Shown piece after piece: positions 13,518 to 25,874 of a stretch of 64,000 nt of DNA. Positions within the stretch are counted from its first letter, which is position 1, and every line of letters starts with the position of its first letter. The position numbers and the translations under genes are program-made. The notes beneath the pieces were generated by a model. The model saw nothing but the letters and a program-made list of their open reading frames with translations. It was not told where the DNA came from and ran no database searches. This stretch comes from Tubulanus polymorphus (Eukaryota > Animalia > Nemertea). The stretch is taken from positions 8,680,001-8,744,000 of the forward strand of contig NC_134031.1 in the NCBI RefSeq assembly GCF_964204645.1, written 5' to 3'.

Positions 13518-14683
13518 GGGACTGTTCATTAAGTACGTATGCAAACCCTAGGTAGGACCTCAAAGGCAAAAGCCTACGATCTGCGTACAAAGCTTAAGGT
13601 AGCTATTAACACAAAGCGAACATACTTAATAAATCAAAGTGCACTTAATTTCTACAGTATAATCTTGTAGTAGCCTGGCTACTAGATCCAGGAAGAAAGA
13701 CACTCTAAATATTTGGATGGATATATGAAAGCTGTGGGTACTGGAGTGTGTAATCGGTAGTGTAGTGTGATCTGTGTGCATTTGTGGCCAGCAGATCACA
13801 TTGTTCAATGGGGTTTGGTCCAGGACTCGCGAGATTTTCAACAACACGGAAGTAACGTGTAATAAATGATGACTTGAATTGCATGACTACCTACCACCCC
13901 TCATTACTGTTGGAAAACTAAATGTGACTAAAAATTAGTAGTAACATTTTAGAAATGGCCAGAATTTTAACTTAGGTTCTATCTCATTTTTATTTTACAA
14001 TTGCGATTGGTATAATTTTTTTCTAAACGGCCGTTAAGGCTTCATGTTTCGTCTGCAATTCACTGCAAATAGTTAAGCAACTACGCACATTTCAGTGTTA
14101 TTGGCAGCTGTACACTCAATCGGCACCGTTTGTGACTAGCTTCACTGCGGAATTATCATTAATTAACATCGCAATATCACATCATCAACTTACATTGTGC
14201 CTTAAAACCCTAACAGCCGAAATAATTGAAATGCACACACGATTTCTATCATTGAAAATTGAGAGAGTGGCCATGTTTGTGTTTGCTGCTTCGCGTAAAT
14301 CCCGCGCGGTGGCGCAACCGCGCGGAGTGGGGCCGATACGTCTAGGTACATGTAGTAGTTCAGCCAGGAGTCTCGAAATATATTATGAATTCATTGCCCT
14401 TTTTAAAAGGGTGCATCCAAGTAAATCCCTTCAAAAGGGGCAAGCTATATGGTGCGATAATTAAAGTCTCAAATAATAAAATTCATTTATACTATAACAA
14501 ACAGACCAGTAGATTACTAACCAGTAGATTAGGTGTTTGTTTTTGTTTTATACTAGGCCTACATGATCAATCAATGCGTACGTAAGGTAGGAGGTCATCG
14601 GCAATATAGTACGATGTGCGTACACAAGGTAGGGCCTTGAAAAAAGGTCCTATTTTCTGCGTACATATTTAATGAACGGTCCC
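13518..14683. mobile_element. Harbinger-like MITE carrying nested insertions
   Basis: TIRs GGGAC(T/C)GTTCATTAA.TA(C/T)GTA at both ends. Confidence 0.65.
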
Positions 14684-14789
14684 ATAGGCCTACAATTATA
14701 CTCATAAAAAGATAGATGGTCTAAACTTTCATTCATACCCATTGAATTTGGCAATGAAACGTTACTTTTTCCACATTTTTTAAGCTTTT

Positions 14790-15330
14790 GGGACCAACAA
14801 TTGATGAAAACTTCAATTGAGAACCACACATCAAACTATTGATTTCCAAATTAAACAAAAATCTCTATCTTCTTAGATCATTAAAAAACTTCATGCCAGC
14901 CACTGTCAAAAGATCTTTATATTATCCAGAGTCACCTGATGTATGGCATCTCACTTAGGGGCCTGTTAATTACACGTGCTCAAATGAATACATGGATTAA
15001 ATTACAAAAGATGGCTATTCACATTATAGATAACGCTAAATATAACTCCCATACCTCGAGCGTCTTTAAGAAATATGAGATACTTAAACTTGACGACGTT
15101 ATCAAACCCGAAATCACAAAGTTTGGATATAATTTCTCCAAGAACGTTCTGCCCACACCTGAAATCGAAATCTCCCTAGGACCGAACCACATACTAGTAT
15201 GATATATCACAAATCATTTCTAACTTAAGTACCAATTACCTGACGTTGCACTTCCAGAAACCTGAGAAATTCCACAACTTATGGGCGGTGTCGCGTCGGA
15301 AGGATGACAAGATGATTTTTGTTAAATCTT
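14790..15330 (+). pseudogene. LINE (CR1/L2 group) ORF2 C-terminal fragment
   Basis: LYLLRSLKNFM..SHLMYGI..LQKMAIHII..YNSHTSSVFKKYEILKLDDVI is the typical post-RT region. Confidence 0.75.
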
Positions 15331-15419
15331 CCAAATATTTACAAAGAATATTTACAAAACAATGTCAAAAATGTTATTCTTATTTCGTATTTCTCCGTAG
15401 AAACCCATTGGAAGACTGG

Positions 15420-15805
15420 ATTCGAATCAAGTAGGAGCTACAGGACTCAGAATTCGGGCCAGAATTGACATTTTTGGGCACTAAAAAGGTCATACGACGG
15501 CCATCTTGAGTCTGATCGACCCAATTTTTCTTACACTGATGGGCCCTTGGGGGATTCAAATATATACGATAGATCAAGGTAATTGATCGAAGCGTCTTCA
15601 AAATTTCCCTCAAAAAGTTCAAAAATGTGTAAAAAGTGCCTATTTTGGCGAACAACAATGGCTGCCAGTCAGCCATCTTGATTCTGACAGGGCCAGTTTG
15701 GGTTGAAGATGTGTTTAGGGTAGATATACATTTGTAACCCAAATATCAAGATATTACATAGAAGCGTCTTCAAAACTTCCCAAAATAACTGGATTCCGTC
15801 TACGC
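15420..15805 (-). mobile_element. HINE family A core fragment
   Basis: cggccatcttgagtc.gatcgaccc...tggctgccagtc.gccatcttgattctgacagggcc is shared with the other family A copies. Confidence 0.75.
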
Positions 15806-16059
15806 TTTTATAGCGGATAAATAGGCCTAAACAATATGAACACACAAGGTGTAGGCCTATGGTATTCTGTGATATTTTGAATTTATTCACAGTTCATATT
15901 TAGCGCCATTCTCGGGAAATTATCAACAACCCGGAAATAAAATCATGCCCATCGCCAAACCCCTATGATGTCCCAAACCCCTTTGATCATCAATCATATC
16001 TAAAACTAAAGTAACAAGAAGAAAGACACCAAACAAGCAGTTTAGTCTGCCGAACTTAC

Positions 16060-16180
16060 CACCTATGACACCCTGCTGATCAGAGCTAGACTGAGGACCT
16101 CCTTTAGATCGAAGTTCGTGGCTATTTGATGCCATAAGGCTTTCTTCTTCTCTTTGTTCTGGACTTATCCTATTCAACAT
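16060..16180 (-). CDS. Candidate first coding exon of an unidentified gene divergent from the TOR1AIP-like gene
   Basis: ATG at 16180 reads MLNRISPEQREEESLMASNSHELRSKGGPQSSSDQQGVIG and ends at a consensus G|GTAAGT donor. No downstream exon was identified. Confidence 0.3.
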
Positions 16181-16511
16181 CAATCAATGCTCATCGTACT
16201 GACACTGGACACACTGCATCTTATTTTGCAACACAGCTATAGCTAAAATCCGGTTTAAAGAGAATAATAATCCATTTCCGCGCTTTAGTTTACACCAAAA
16301 TACGGTGTAGGAGAGACATTGTCCGAAGGCCGTCGAGTGAGTGGAAAAATCGGGAGTTAAAATCGTAAGTTAGCGGAGATTCTAATTTGTAATAGGCCTA
16401 GATAAAATCTAAGTGACTGACGCCTCGTTACGGCCATTTATGGTGGCTGATTCGGGACTTGTTAAGATTTTTTTTTTGGTCCTCCACGAAAACGCGCAAA
16501 AATAACATAGT

Positions 16512-17808
16512 GGCTATATTTACGGCGTCGTAAAGCGGTCGTAAATTCTATATTTAAAATAATTTATTTACGACGGTTTTATATTGATATTAGGATTATG
16601 GTCTAGAGAGGAGAGGATTAGTGTCAAGAGGGTGAGAAGAGGGTCCAGTGGGTTAGGGTTAGGGTTAGTCAGTAACCTGTCTGTGGTTTAGTTTCACAAT
16701 CGGATATTTTCACAAACCACAGTCAGGAATGGGAAGGTCACTTTTATATGAAATCTTCGTCAGCCAATTTGACTGACGAGTAATTTGCCTGGCATTTCAT
16801 TGTCTCTTAAGATATCCGTCCAATTTTTGTTGTAATCGACGCACAACAGATTCGTAGTTTGTCTGATACCTATAACACCTCACCTGACGATCTTAATCCA
16901 TGTGCAAATCGGCCGTAAAGTGAGGGTAAATTTCCGTCGGGTCAACAGCTGCCATTTTGAAAATTACTGGAGGTGCTGGCACCTGTGGACTGAGGCCAGG
17001 ACAACAGCACATACTAACGAAGCGAAACGACGAAATTGAAAAAAATTAAGAAATCAACACTTATTCACATTTTTCTTATACCAGAATTTATTATTTCATT
17101 ATTTATTATGGAAAACACGAAGATCTGAAATATAAATTGGAAAACCATCAAAAATAAAAATTGTCGTTTCGTCTTGGAAGTTTTATATAAATCCTTGTAG
17201 GTCCCCTTGTCTTATCATGCCACATGTGCAATACAGAGAAATGGCGGCCAATGGCGAAATTGGTGGAGAAATTAATTAATTTCTCAAAATAATGTTCATT
17301 AACCACTCGAAACATACATAAAATTGGATTATTTCGGAAGGTACCTGTGTTAGTTTGTGAATTAAGCCATTAATTGTGGACTGAAGTGAATAGAAAGTAT
17401 ATTTTTGAAGTGTTACTTTTTTCAACCGTGTTTTGGTCCTTGTCATCCCTAACGTTGGTATAAGCCCATCTGATTATAAAAAGCTTACCACCAACGATTA
17501 GGTAACTAACTAGGGTTAGGGTAAGGGTCCGTTTTAACGCCAGCAGGGATAGGATAAGTAAGGTGAGGCTATATGTAGTTAAAACATTTGAGTGGTTTTC
17601 AGCGAGCTCGGTGGTTTAGTGGTATGATGCTGCGCTAGTAATTTACTGGCCCGGGTTCGAGTCTCGCTCGATCCGCTCTATTTTCTCTAACTCTTGATTT
17701 TTCTAAGTCACGCACCCTAGTGCTCATGCGCAACGTGAATTAGCCAATCAGAATGAATCGTCGTAAATAAAGCTAGTGTCGTCCGTTTACGGCGTCGTAA
17801 AAATAGCC
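16512..17808. mobile_element. TIR element carrying TTAGGG repeats and a tRNA-like Pol III head
   Basis: TIRs GGCTAT(A/T)TTTACG(G/A)CG(T/C)CGTAAA; (TTAGGG)n at 16650-16668 and ~17510; A box TGGTTTAGTGG at 17612, B box GGTTCGAGTC at 17654. Confidence 0.7.
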
Positions 17809-17858
17809 TGAGTGCAAAAACAAATCTGCCGCAAAGTGGTTATTTTGCGGGTCATTCT

Positions 17859-18374
17859 CACAGGGGTTTGGCGATGGGCTTAGATTTTATTTCCGGGTTG
17901 TTGATAATCTCGCGAGAATGGCGGTAAATATGAACTGCGAATAAATTCAAAATATCACGGAAATACCTTGTGTTTATATTGTTTATTTATCCGCTATAAA
18001 GTTTCGATAAAAAATTGGTCGTTAAGAATCATTATCAGACGGTCGTCACGCTTTACTACACAAAATCACAAGGGATGAAACGCCAGGCCTCCGCTGTACT
18101 TAAATTTTCAGCTAGAAAGTTGGGACAGGCACGTGACATTCTGATGACGTCATCGCATTTAAAGCTTCAACATGAAAAGTTAACATGTTCACAGACCGAT
18201 ATCAATTGTTAGATTATGATTCAGATTAGGATTCAACTTTATAGCGGATAAATAAACAAACACAAGGTATTTCCGTGATATTCTGAATTTATTCGCAGTT
18301 CATATTTACCGCCATTCTCGCGAGATTATCAACAACCCTGAAATAAAATCCAAGCCCATCGCCAAACCCCTGTG
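17859..18374. mobile_element. MITE with ~140-bp TIRs and 8-bp TSD (P- or hAT-type); older solo arm at 15808-15967
   Basis: CACAGGGGTTTGGCGATGGGC...GCCCATCGCCAAACCCCTGTG; flanks GTCATTCT / GTCATCCT. Confidence 0.9.
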
Positions 18375-18778
18375 GTCATCCTTATTACCGAGATGACGTA
18401 TTTTACCGAGATGAACCGAGATGAAATGAAATATAGCATTTTTATCTATTCTTAATCGATTTTAACACTTGAAATCATGTTATCAGTACTAATAAATACC
18501 TTCTAGAGTCATACTTTACATATTTTTTTATTTAGAAAAATTTTGACTTCAAATACGTAAACTCGGTTAGCAATAAAATTTCACTGAATTTGATTGATCA
18601 ACGATCTCATCTCAGTAAAGTTTAAAGGGACGAAAATTAACCTTATATGAGCACTTTCGCCCTAGACGTTTGTAGAACAACGGCTAGGTACTAGACTACT
18701 GTCACACCTGCTCTCTGTGCGACGTTTTGGTCCGTAATTTCGGTAATAAACAGTTTATCTACCTTTTACGCAACTACT

Positions 18779-20230
18779 TTGTTCAGTGAGGACTTTGCAT
18801 TCAGAAATAAACAACAATATTTACTAAAGTTCCTGGCTCAGAAGGATTTCCATGTATTTGAAGAAAAAATTTTAAACTTGTTATCGTCGTCGCAACAAGT
18901 CGCTACAACTTCTACAACAGGTAAGCCTAATCCTGATTGTCTGGTTAGAAGTTCGCCAGCCCACTCAGTTATTCGGAATTCTGACTCTAAATTCCTGGAT
19001 GCTGGGGTAGGGTCTGATTTCAATGAGGATCCGGTCCCAGAAGCGGCAATTCCTTCTGGGGTCGTTCCTGCCGCAAGCAATTTTGGGTTGCCCCATAGGC
19101 CTACTATGGGGACTTCCCTTGCTCGCAATGTATCTCCGTCCCGTTCAGTTTTATCCGAACCAGCGGGGGACATGCCAGTTACAGCAAATATTAGTCAGTT
19201 TTTGTCAAACACGGGGCAACTTGCGCTAAGCCCACAGCAGCTACTCTGGTCGGTGAGTCAATGGAAGCTTATCGCCCTCCGGACTCTGATCTTAATGTTT
19301 TACGCGAATCGCCAGCGGTTTCAAGAGAATGGGCTCGATTAGATTCGCAATTATGGGGTGAATGTTGCCCTGGAACGTTTTCATTTCCTGCTCCAGAACG
19401 GGGTATGAAATCTGGAAAATATTTTAGTTCAACCGATCCACCTAAAGGCGCATTTCGCTGGGCGTATTATGCAACTCCAGGTGCTGTGGATCATAGTCAT
19501 AGCTGCCTGGATGCTGATTATACTTTGATCAGCCCGGATACTGTTTCAGCACAGTCGGGTATTCGTTTGCCTAAGTCCGGTTTGGTGACCATGACGTCAA
19601 TCCTGGACAATCTTACCAGGGTTGGTTCGTTTCAGGACATGGCACTTAAGGGGTTGACGGGTGAGCTTCGCGAAACTCTCGCCGCCGTCCATGCGGGCTC
19701 CGACCCAGAGTCAGTTGCCCTAAAACTAGAGGGAATGGTCCGGATTATCCAATCTTTGGCTCTGTCTTTTTCACATGTAATTTCGTTGTCGGTTCAGGGT
19801 CAGGCTAATCTTGTGTTAGCCTCCCGTCAGTCAGTTATGGACTCCAGTTCCAAAGCTCGTCTACCTGATATGGTGTCCAATTCTTTGCTGAGAGCTCCAT
19901 TGGGGACATCTTCACGTCTTGTCTCCGGTTGGTGCGCTCCTGTTTCCGCCGAGCTGAGGGAGATTCGGGGGGTCCAGACCAAGTCCACCATCCGAACTCC
20001 GTGGAAAACGCGTTCGGGTCCAACGCCGGCAGCGTAAGGTTCGGCACGGACGCACAAAAAACCAACTCAAACTTCAGCGCTTTCTCAGGCGGCTACGGAT
20101 GCCGGTTGGATAACTAGCGCGCAACTTCTTCAATCGCGTCAAGCCTCGTCTGGTCATAACAGTTCTGGTTCGTATCAAGGCAAGGGGAAGGCTCCAAAAA
20201 GGGGCTCTTTTGGAAAAACTCGAAATGAAT
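18779..20230 (+). pseudogene. DIRS1-like gag (frameshifted ORFs 18779-19342 and 19261-20037)
   Basis: Ser/Pro-rich N-terminus, helical region with an N-L-x-L-x-x-R motif and LRAPL, directly upstream of the DIRS pol start. Confidence 0.65.
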
Positions 20231-20447
20231 TCTCGGGACCAGTGGGAGGTTGTTTGCAGCAGGCAGCTACCCACTGGTCCGACCTTTTTGGAGACGGTTG
20301 GCCCTCCCGGGTCGTCTCTCGTGGCTACCATCTCCGTTTCCTAAGGCGACCGCGCCTGACGAGGTCATCTCCCGACATGCAGCCAAAACCAGGTCAGGAG
20401 GCCTTAATCTCTCCAGCTCTCAAGGAATTGGCTGAGAAGGGAGCGAT
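20230..20447 (+). pseudogene. DIRS1-like pol N-terminal stub
   Basis: PVGG.L...W....W...V..GY.L.F..RP....L.EKGAI signature that precedes DIRS1 RT. Confidence 0.75.
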
Positions 20448-21617
20448 ATTAGCGAAACTATTGATGGTTTAAAGAGAAACATCTGCAATAACAGAGATGA
20501 TTGTCAACGCACTGAGAAATTTCAACAATAGATTAAATCATGTGATGAAATTAATGATGGCTAGGTACTAGACTAGCACAACACTATGAAATTAGGCGAC
20601 TTAAAAAAATGGTGTTCTAAGGATGTTAAAAATCCTTTTTCGCCATGAATTAACTACAAAAATTTTGCTCGCATTAACCTAACACTGGTTGACTGTGTCC
20701 ACTGGCAGTCAAGGTAGACCGGCAACCAGTCTATCATCAGACACATCGGGAGTCGCCGGTTAATCGGAGTCAACCACCTGACTAACCGCGCACAGATAAT
20801 CGGAGCCAAGTGAGCTACCTGCCAGTGGCGAAACGGAGGCGCCCTTCTCACCCCCCTTCAACATGCCATTAATCGCTGGACTTGGTCATTCAGAGTCGGC
20901 TTAGCCTGACTGAGACGCCGGTCTTTCATAGAACATCGTGTTTACAACCATTGAAGAAACACTATTCTGTGTTGTAACGATACAGTAGAGAATCCCACAC
21001 TGATAAATCTTGAACGAAAGTGCTCATATAAGGTTAATTTTTGTTTCTCATTTGAGGGACGAGACTTTGAGCGTCTAATTCACCCCTTAAAACACCATCA
21101 ATTTACCTCAAACTGACTGTAATCCAATGGAAGTTAACTATTGTTTTGGCATAAATTTATGAGCGCACAGCAACACGGCGAGAGCTGGAAGCTTATTAAG
21201 TTAATTGCGCGTGTGAGGCAAATTCAAATTTTCTGTATTTCTCCATACCGTCCTTCTCAAAAAGTGTTGTTTATATCGCGTCGCGTCGGATGTGAATGGA
21301 GGATTGTAAGGATGAGAGATTGTCACCTTTCTAAGATTCATAAGTTTTAATTTTGTGCCAAAAGAGGGATGGACGACAATTAATTGCGCTAGAGGTTTTA
21401 GTTTAAAAATGTTAAAATCTGTCCAATAATGCTGGACCTTTGGGACCGCTTCAAAATGGCGCCTGGTAACTGGAAACTACTCTATTACATGTTTTTTGAA
21501 AATAGGGTTAGGTGGGTGATTTTTCATTATTAATGTGGGGTTTGTATTTCTCTTTGCTTTCAGTATTTATGTCTCTGCTTCTCTTGGTAATAGGTGGGCT
21601 GCTGATTATTGACGAAA

Positions 21618-21771
21618 ATGATTACTCGATCCAGAGCATCTCTTGGCAATGGAAGGGGCCCTGATTCAGAGGAAAGTTCGAATTCGGATAGAAATTCAGA
21701 GGAAGAGTTAAACAAAAAGTATAGCAACAGGCTTGAAAAGAGGGACCATAGTTTTGAAGACTCTACAGGCG
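21618..21771 (+). CDS. TOR1AIP: Probable first coding exon of the LAP1/LULL1-like protein
   Basis: Upstream pyrimidine-tract acceptor (tctctttgctttcag, 21563), aaaATG at 21618, charged Ser-rich peptide MITRSRAS...EDSTG, phase-1 donor G|GTAAGT matching the phase-1 acceptors downstream. Confidence 0.65.
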
Positions 21772-22356
21772 GTAAGTATTCATTTATGGTATCTCAACTG
21801 TAAATCTTGAATTAAGCCAAGTAAATCTTCAAATATAGCTGCAAAGCAGCGATGACGGGTTTTCTGTAAAGCCATTCAGAATGATGGGAATTGTAGTAAA
21901 TTGAAATATCGATACATGGACGTACAATCACAAATATTAATATATTTGACCAGGCACTTATTTTGGCATTCAAACATCATGATACTGTATTATCACCATC
22001 CTTAAAAATGGATCTGTCCTATTAAGAACTCATCTTAAGCACCTGCTGAGCCGATAGATTGAGTGAATTCACAGATAAGAACGTATTATGATTTAGAATA
22101 GATTAGATTTAAGAAGTTAATGTTTTTATTGAAATATTTGAATAAATACATATATCGTAGTGTAGATTCAATCAATAAATTATGAATTGATTTGGTCTGG
22201 GTTTCCGGCTGATGTTGATTTTGGCTTTTATGGATTACAAATTCTACAGTGATAAACAATTGATACCTGCAACATGTGTGTAAATCAAACCTATTCCACT
22301 AGTTGCGTGTGTTTCCTAATAAACGGGAGAGTCACTCTTGATCTGAGTTATTAGAA

Positions 22357-22912
22357 CTAGGGGTCCAGGGACACCATGCCCACTTGGGAAGTGGTTCCAA
22401 ATGCTCAACAATCTAACAATTCAGGTATCAAAGGTATAAAACATCCCTTTTCAAAGAATACCCATCACAAATTGCAATGAGAAATGGCAAACTCAGAATT
22501 CGGGCCAAAATTGACATTTTTGGGCACTAAAAAAGGTCATAGGACGGCCATCTTGAGTCCGTATCCCAATTTTTGTAATGCTGATGGGCCCAGGGGCATT
22601 CACATATATCCGAAAGATCAAGGTTATTGATCAAAGCATCTTCAAAATTTCCCTCAAAAAGTTCAAAAATGTGTAAAAAGTGTTGATTTTGGCGAACAAC
22701 AATGGCTGCCAGTCGGCCATCTTGATTCTGACAGGGCCAGTTTTTTAGCTGAAGATGTGTCTAGGGTAGATACATGTGAAACCCAAATATCAAGACATTA
22801 CATTGAAGCGTCTTCAAAACTTCCTAAAATAACTGATTTCTGATGACGGACGGACGACGGACGAAAAGTGAACGCAATAGCCAGCTGGGACTAAAGTCCC
22901 AAGTGGGCTAAA
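22357..22912 (-). mobile_element. Complete short HINE family A copy lacking the satellite array
   Basis: Both ends present: 5' TTTTAGCCCACTTGGGAC-TTTA-GTCCCAGCTGGCTA hairpin plus (TCCG)-like microsatellite, and 3' AAGTGGGC...GTCCCTGGACCCCTAG. T-rich flanks, no TSD. Confidence 0.82.
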
Positions 22913-23964
22913 AATAATGTTCATTTAGTCATAGAAATTCATTGCCTTTTTGGAGTTTCTGTAATAATATTTGTTCTGCCCTAATTTTTATTACTGTATG
23001 AACCAATGATATGCTTTGTAAATATGATGTAATAAAATAAATTTGAATTAAATTTGAACATGAGAATCAAGCATAACTTGTGTTTTTTCAACTTGTCTTA
23101 CTTGTCTTTTGTTAACAGTTCCAGAGTTTCAATTACAATCAAATCCAAATTGGCTAAAAAGTACATAGGACTAAATGAAATGAACGGTTAGTTACTGCAA
23201 ACCTATTCCAGTGTTATGTCGATTGTGTTGAATCACTTTCCTTGAGTTGAAAGAATCAGATCTTCTATGGTACAACATCGGTCGAAGAGAGATATCTTGG
23301 TGTTGACTGTCCTTGACCATCTAACTTCATGCGTTTGACATTGGAATCAGCATCATACCCATTTGAACTGCAAAATATTCATGCAACATGAAAACCTACA
23401 GTACATGTATACAGTATTAATCAAACTTTCACCGATGTTGGATATTTGAATGAACATTAGGTTTATTTCAGTACTCTAAAGCAGGAAATAATAAGCCCAA
23501 TCAATAGGCCCTATTCCCATTGGAACAATTATATAATGCGTACAGCTGTACCGTACACTTATCAGTCAAGAATGGAGAAATCGGTATACCAAACCTACGA
23601 ACAGCAAAATGTACAGGCCTACAATGATTTCTGGTAATACAAGCCGTGACCACATGAACGTTTTGGTTTGACTATTAATGTCAGCAGGTCAGAGAAGGCC
23701 TGGCCAAACTTAATCACATGGCTCAAATCAATTAGCCTTTCTGCGTGTGAATATTTCACTGTATTGTTTTAAAAATAGGCCTATGGAGTGAATTAGTACA
23801 TAGACTGAATTAGACTTTAGGCTAGTCCTGACCAAATCCTATCCATATTATAATGGCACCAGTTATAGTAACATCACTGTAGGGCCGACGAGAGGGAAAA
23901 AGTTGTGTTTGTAGTACATAGGCATGGTAGGCTTGTCGTACTCACTAAATACTTAAAACGCTGT

Positions 23965-24314
23965 TGTTACCTGTACGTGACTGTACGGTGATTTCTACAG
24001 GTTAGCCATATGTGAGTACGTTGACGCTCAGACTTGCAATATTGGGATTCGAAACCAAACGAAAAAAAAATCCAGTGTAGTCCAGTGATTTACCCACTGT
24101 GCCACAGAACGTAACTGGTGGGTGGATGAAATTTGATTTACAAATAGCCTAGCCTCACCTAACCCAAACTCTATTCTTTTACGCATGCGCGTTTGCAGAT
24201 TATAGGAACTCACGTACAGCGTTTTTAGGGAACTCACGTACGGTTAACCTGTGGATATCACCGTACAGTCACGTACGCGTTACAATTTCGTACTTAAAAT
24301 GGTATTGGCTACTA
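23965..24314. mobile_element. Inverted-repeat element containing a minus-strand tRNA-like head
   Basis: IRs GTACGTGACTGTACGGTGAT / ATCACCGTACAGTCACGTAC; minus-strand A box TGGCACAGTGG and B box GTTTCGAATCC; cctaaccc telomere-like motif. Confidence 0.65.
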
Positions 24315-24722
24315 GGAACTCACGTACGGCGTAAGTAGGGAACTCACGTACCGTTAACCTGTGGTTCATAAAATTGACTTTGAAATTGATTGTGGAGAAG
24401 AGAGGGAATTATTCGATAGCTCTTCCTCGTAAAGAAGAGAGAAATATCGGTAAGAAAACACAACATGGCTACTAATTGAATGGAGCCAAATTTCTGATGT
24501 TTACGGCTCGACAGTGCCTTTATAACGTGGATTTATCAAAATTCCCATGCAGTATCTGGAGATTGAAGTGAGCTGAAGGACATCATACGGATTGTATCGG
24601 CGACAGCGGTAAGGTAAGGAAGCCTTTACACTTTTAACAAAAACTATGTGGAAAAGGGAAAAAAAAATAATAATAATCACGCGAATTTCAATAGGGTTTT
24701 CTGTGAAGAAACAGAAAACCCT

Positions 24723-24857
24723 AATTAATGGCCTCTAAAGGGGGGCTCAGATCGACTTTACGACACGACTCAATTGTCGGCGACTTCAGCGATAATTACC
24801 GACCAGTTGAGTCGTGTTGTAACGTCGGTCTGAGCCCCCCTTTAGAGGCCATTAATT
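24723..24857. repeat. 135-bp foldback palindrome (MITE-like)
   Basis: Arms aattaatggcctctaaaggggggctcaga.cgac.ttac.acacgactcaa.tg.tcgg pair over ~58 bp; the outer 29 bp are perfect. Confidence 0.9.
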
Positions 24858-25269
24858 GAATCTATGAGTTACTACTGGTCTTAAGTTTTTAGCCCGCCCG
24901 GGCACGTTAATTGACTTGGATTTTACGACCAGGTTGTTGATAATTTTGCAAGAATGGTGCTAAATCTGAACTGCAAATGAATTCATAATATCCTAGAAAT
25001 ACCTTGTGTTGATATTGTTCATGTATCCTATCCAATGATCTGATACATAATTGGATGTTAACGATAACTAGGGATGAATGGCTTTTGCCTTTGACTGTAT
25101 TGATGCGGGAAACCACTACCGGTACACATGCATGGTTTATTTTGAGTGCTGTCGAGCTGCCAATCAATGTACGTATAAAAAGTAATTCTATGTCAATTCA
25201 AAAATTAATAATTGGCTTATCAGCATAATTGTCTCAGCTTGACAGAGAAAATATAATTAGAGTTTTCTG

Positions 25270-25874
25270 CAGAGCTGCCACTTCTCAGGATTTCTCCGGA
25301 AAATCCAATTTCATTTCCCGATTTCTGGGAGAAGTCAAATAACCACAAAAGAAAACATCGCGAAAAAAATAAAATCAATTCGGGATTCGACCCTAAACAT
25401 CAAAACGTAACAGCTCCGTAGAGGGTTCGAAAAAGCCGTATTGTGCTGCCACGTAGTGGCAACAACCCCGCAGTACACGATTAAACCAAGATGACGCGAC
25501 GATCGAAATCGACAGACACTTCGTTTGTTTTTGGCTCTGGTTTATATATGAGGTGTATTTGACGGAACCAATCGCTATTTGAAAAAATGATCTATACACA
25601 TTGTTGTTATTGACATATCTTGGAAAAGGTGAGTGAGTGTATAACCTTTGAGAAAATGCTTACTGAAAGTTTGAAGCGACAGATTTTCATTGGATTGTAA
25701 TTGACTGACGTGAAAATTGATACACACTTCCGGTAATGAAAGTGAGGCTTATAACGCGTATTGCGCTAGAACGCATCTCCTGGCGTTCTAATTTCAAAAA
25801 TTTTTCAGGGGGAGGGCCCCCAGACCCCCCGACTTATTTTCCGGATTTTTAGCTTCACATAAGTGGCAACTCTG
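25270..25874. mobile_element. hAT-like MITE with 6-bp TSD, inserted in the 5' hairpin of a family B HINE
   Basis: TIRs CAGAG(C/T)TGCCACTT; TTTCTG duplicated. Removing it restores tag.gttttctgtt.cttcacagaaaacccta. Confidence 0.8.

Larger units (their letters stand above)
18633..21041 (+). mobile_element. DIRS1-like gag plus truncated pol, bracketed by perfect 27-bp inverted repeats
   Basis: AAAATTAACCTTATATGAGCACTTTCG at 18633-18659 and its exact reverse complement at 21015-21041. Gag-like ANLVLASR..LLRAPL..L; pol N-terminus GPVGGCL...W...W...VVSRGYHLRF...LAEKGAI stops abruptly at ~20447. Confidence 0.75.

Noticed and set aside
16650-16668. Telomere or chromosome-fusion relic
   Set aside because: Only about three units, internal to a TIR element.
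17602-17676. Functional tRNA gene (also 1180-1266 and 24040-24110)
   Set aside because: A and B boxes only, with no convincing acceptor or anticodon stems. All lie within repeats.
22840-22870. CTGATGA...GAAA as a hammerhead
   Set aside because: The intervening cggacggacgacggac cannot form stem II. It is the HINE microsatellite, and sister copies lack CTGATGA.
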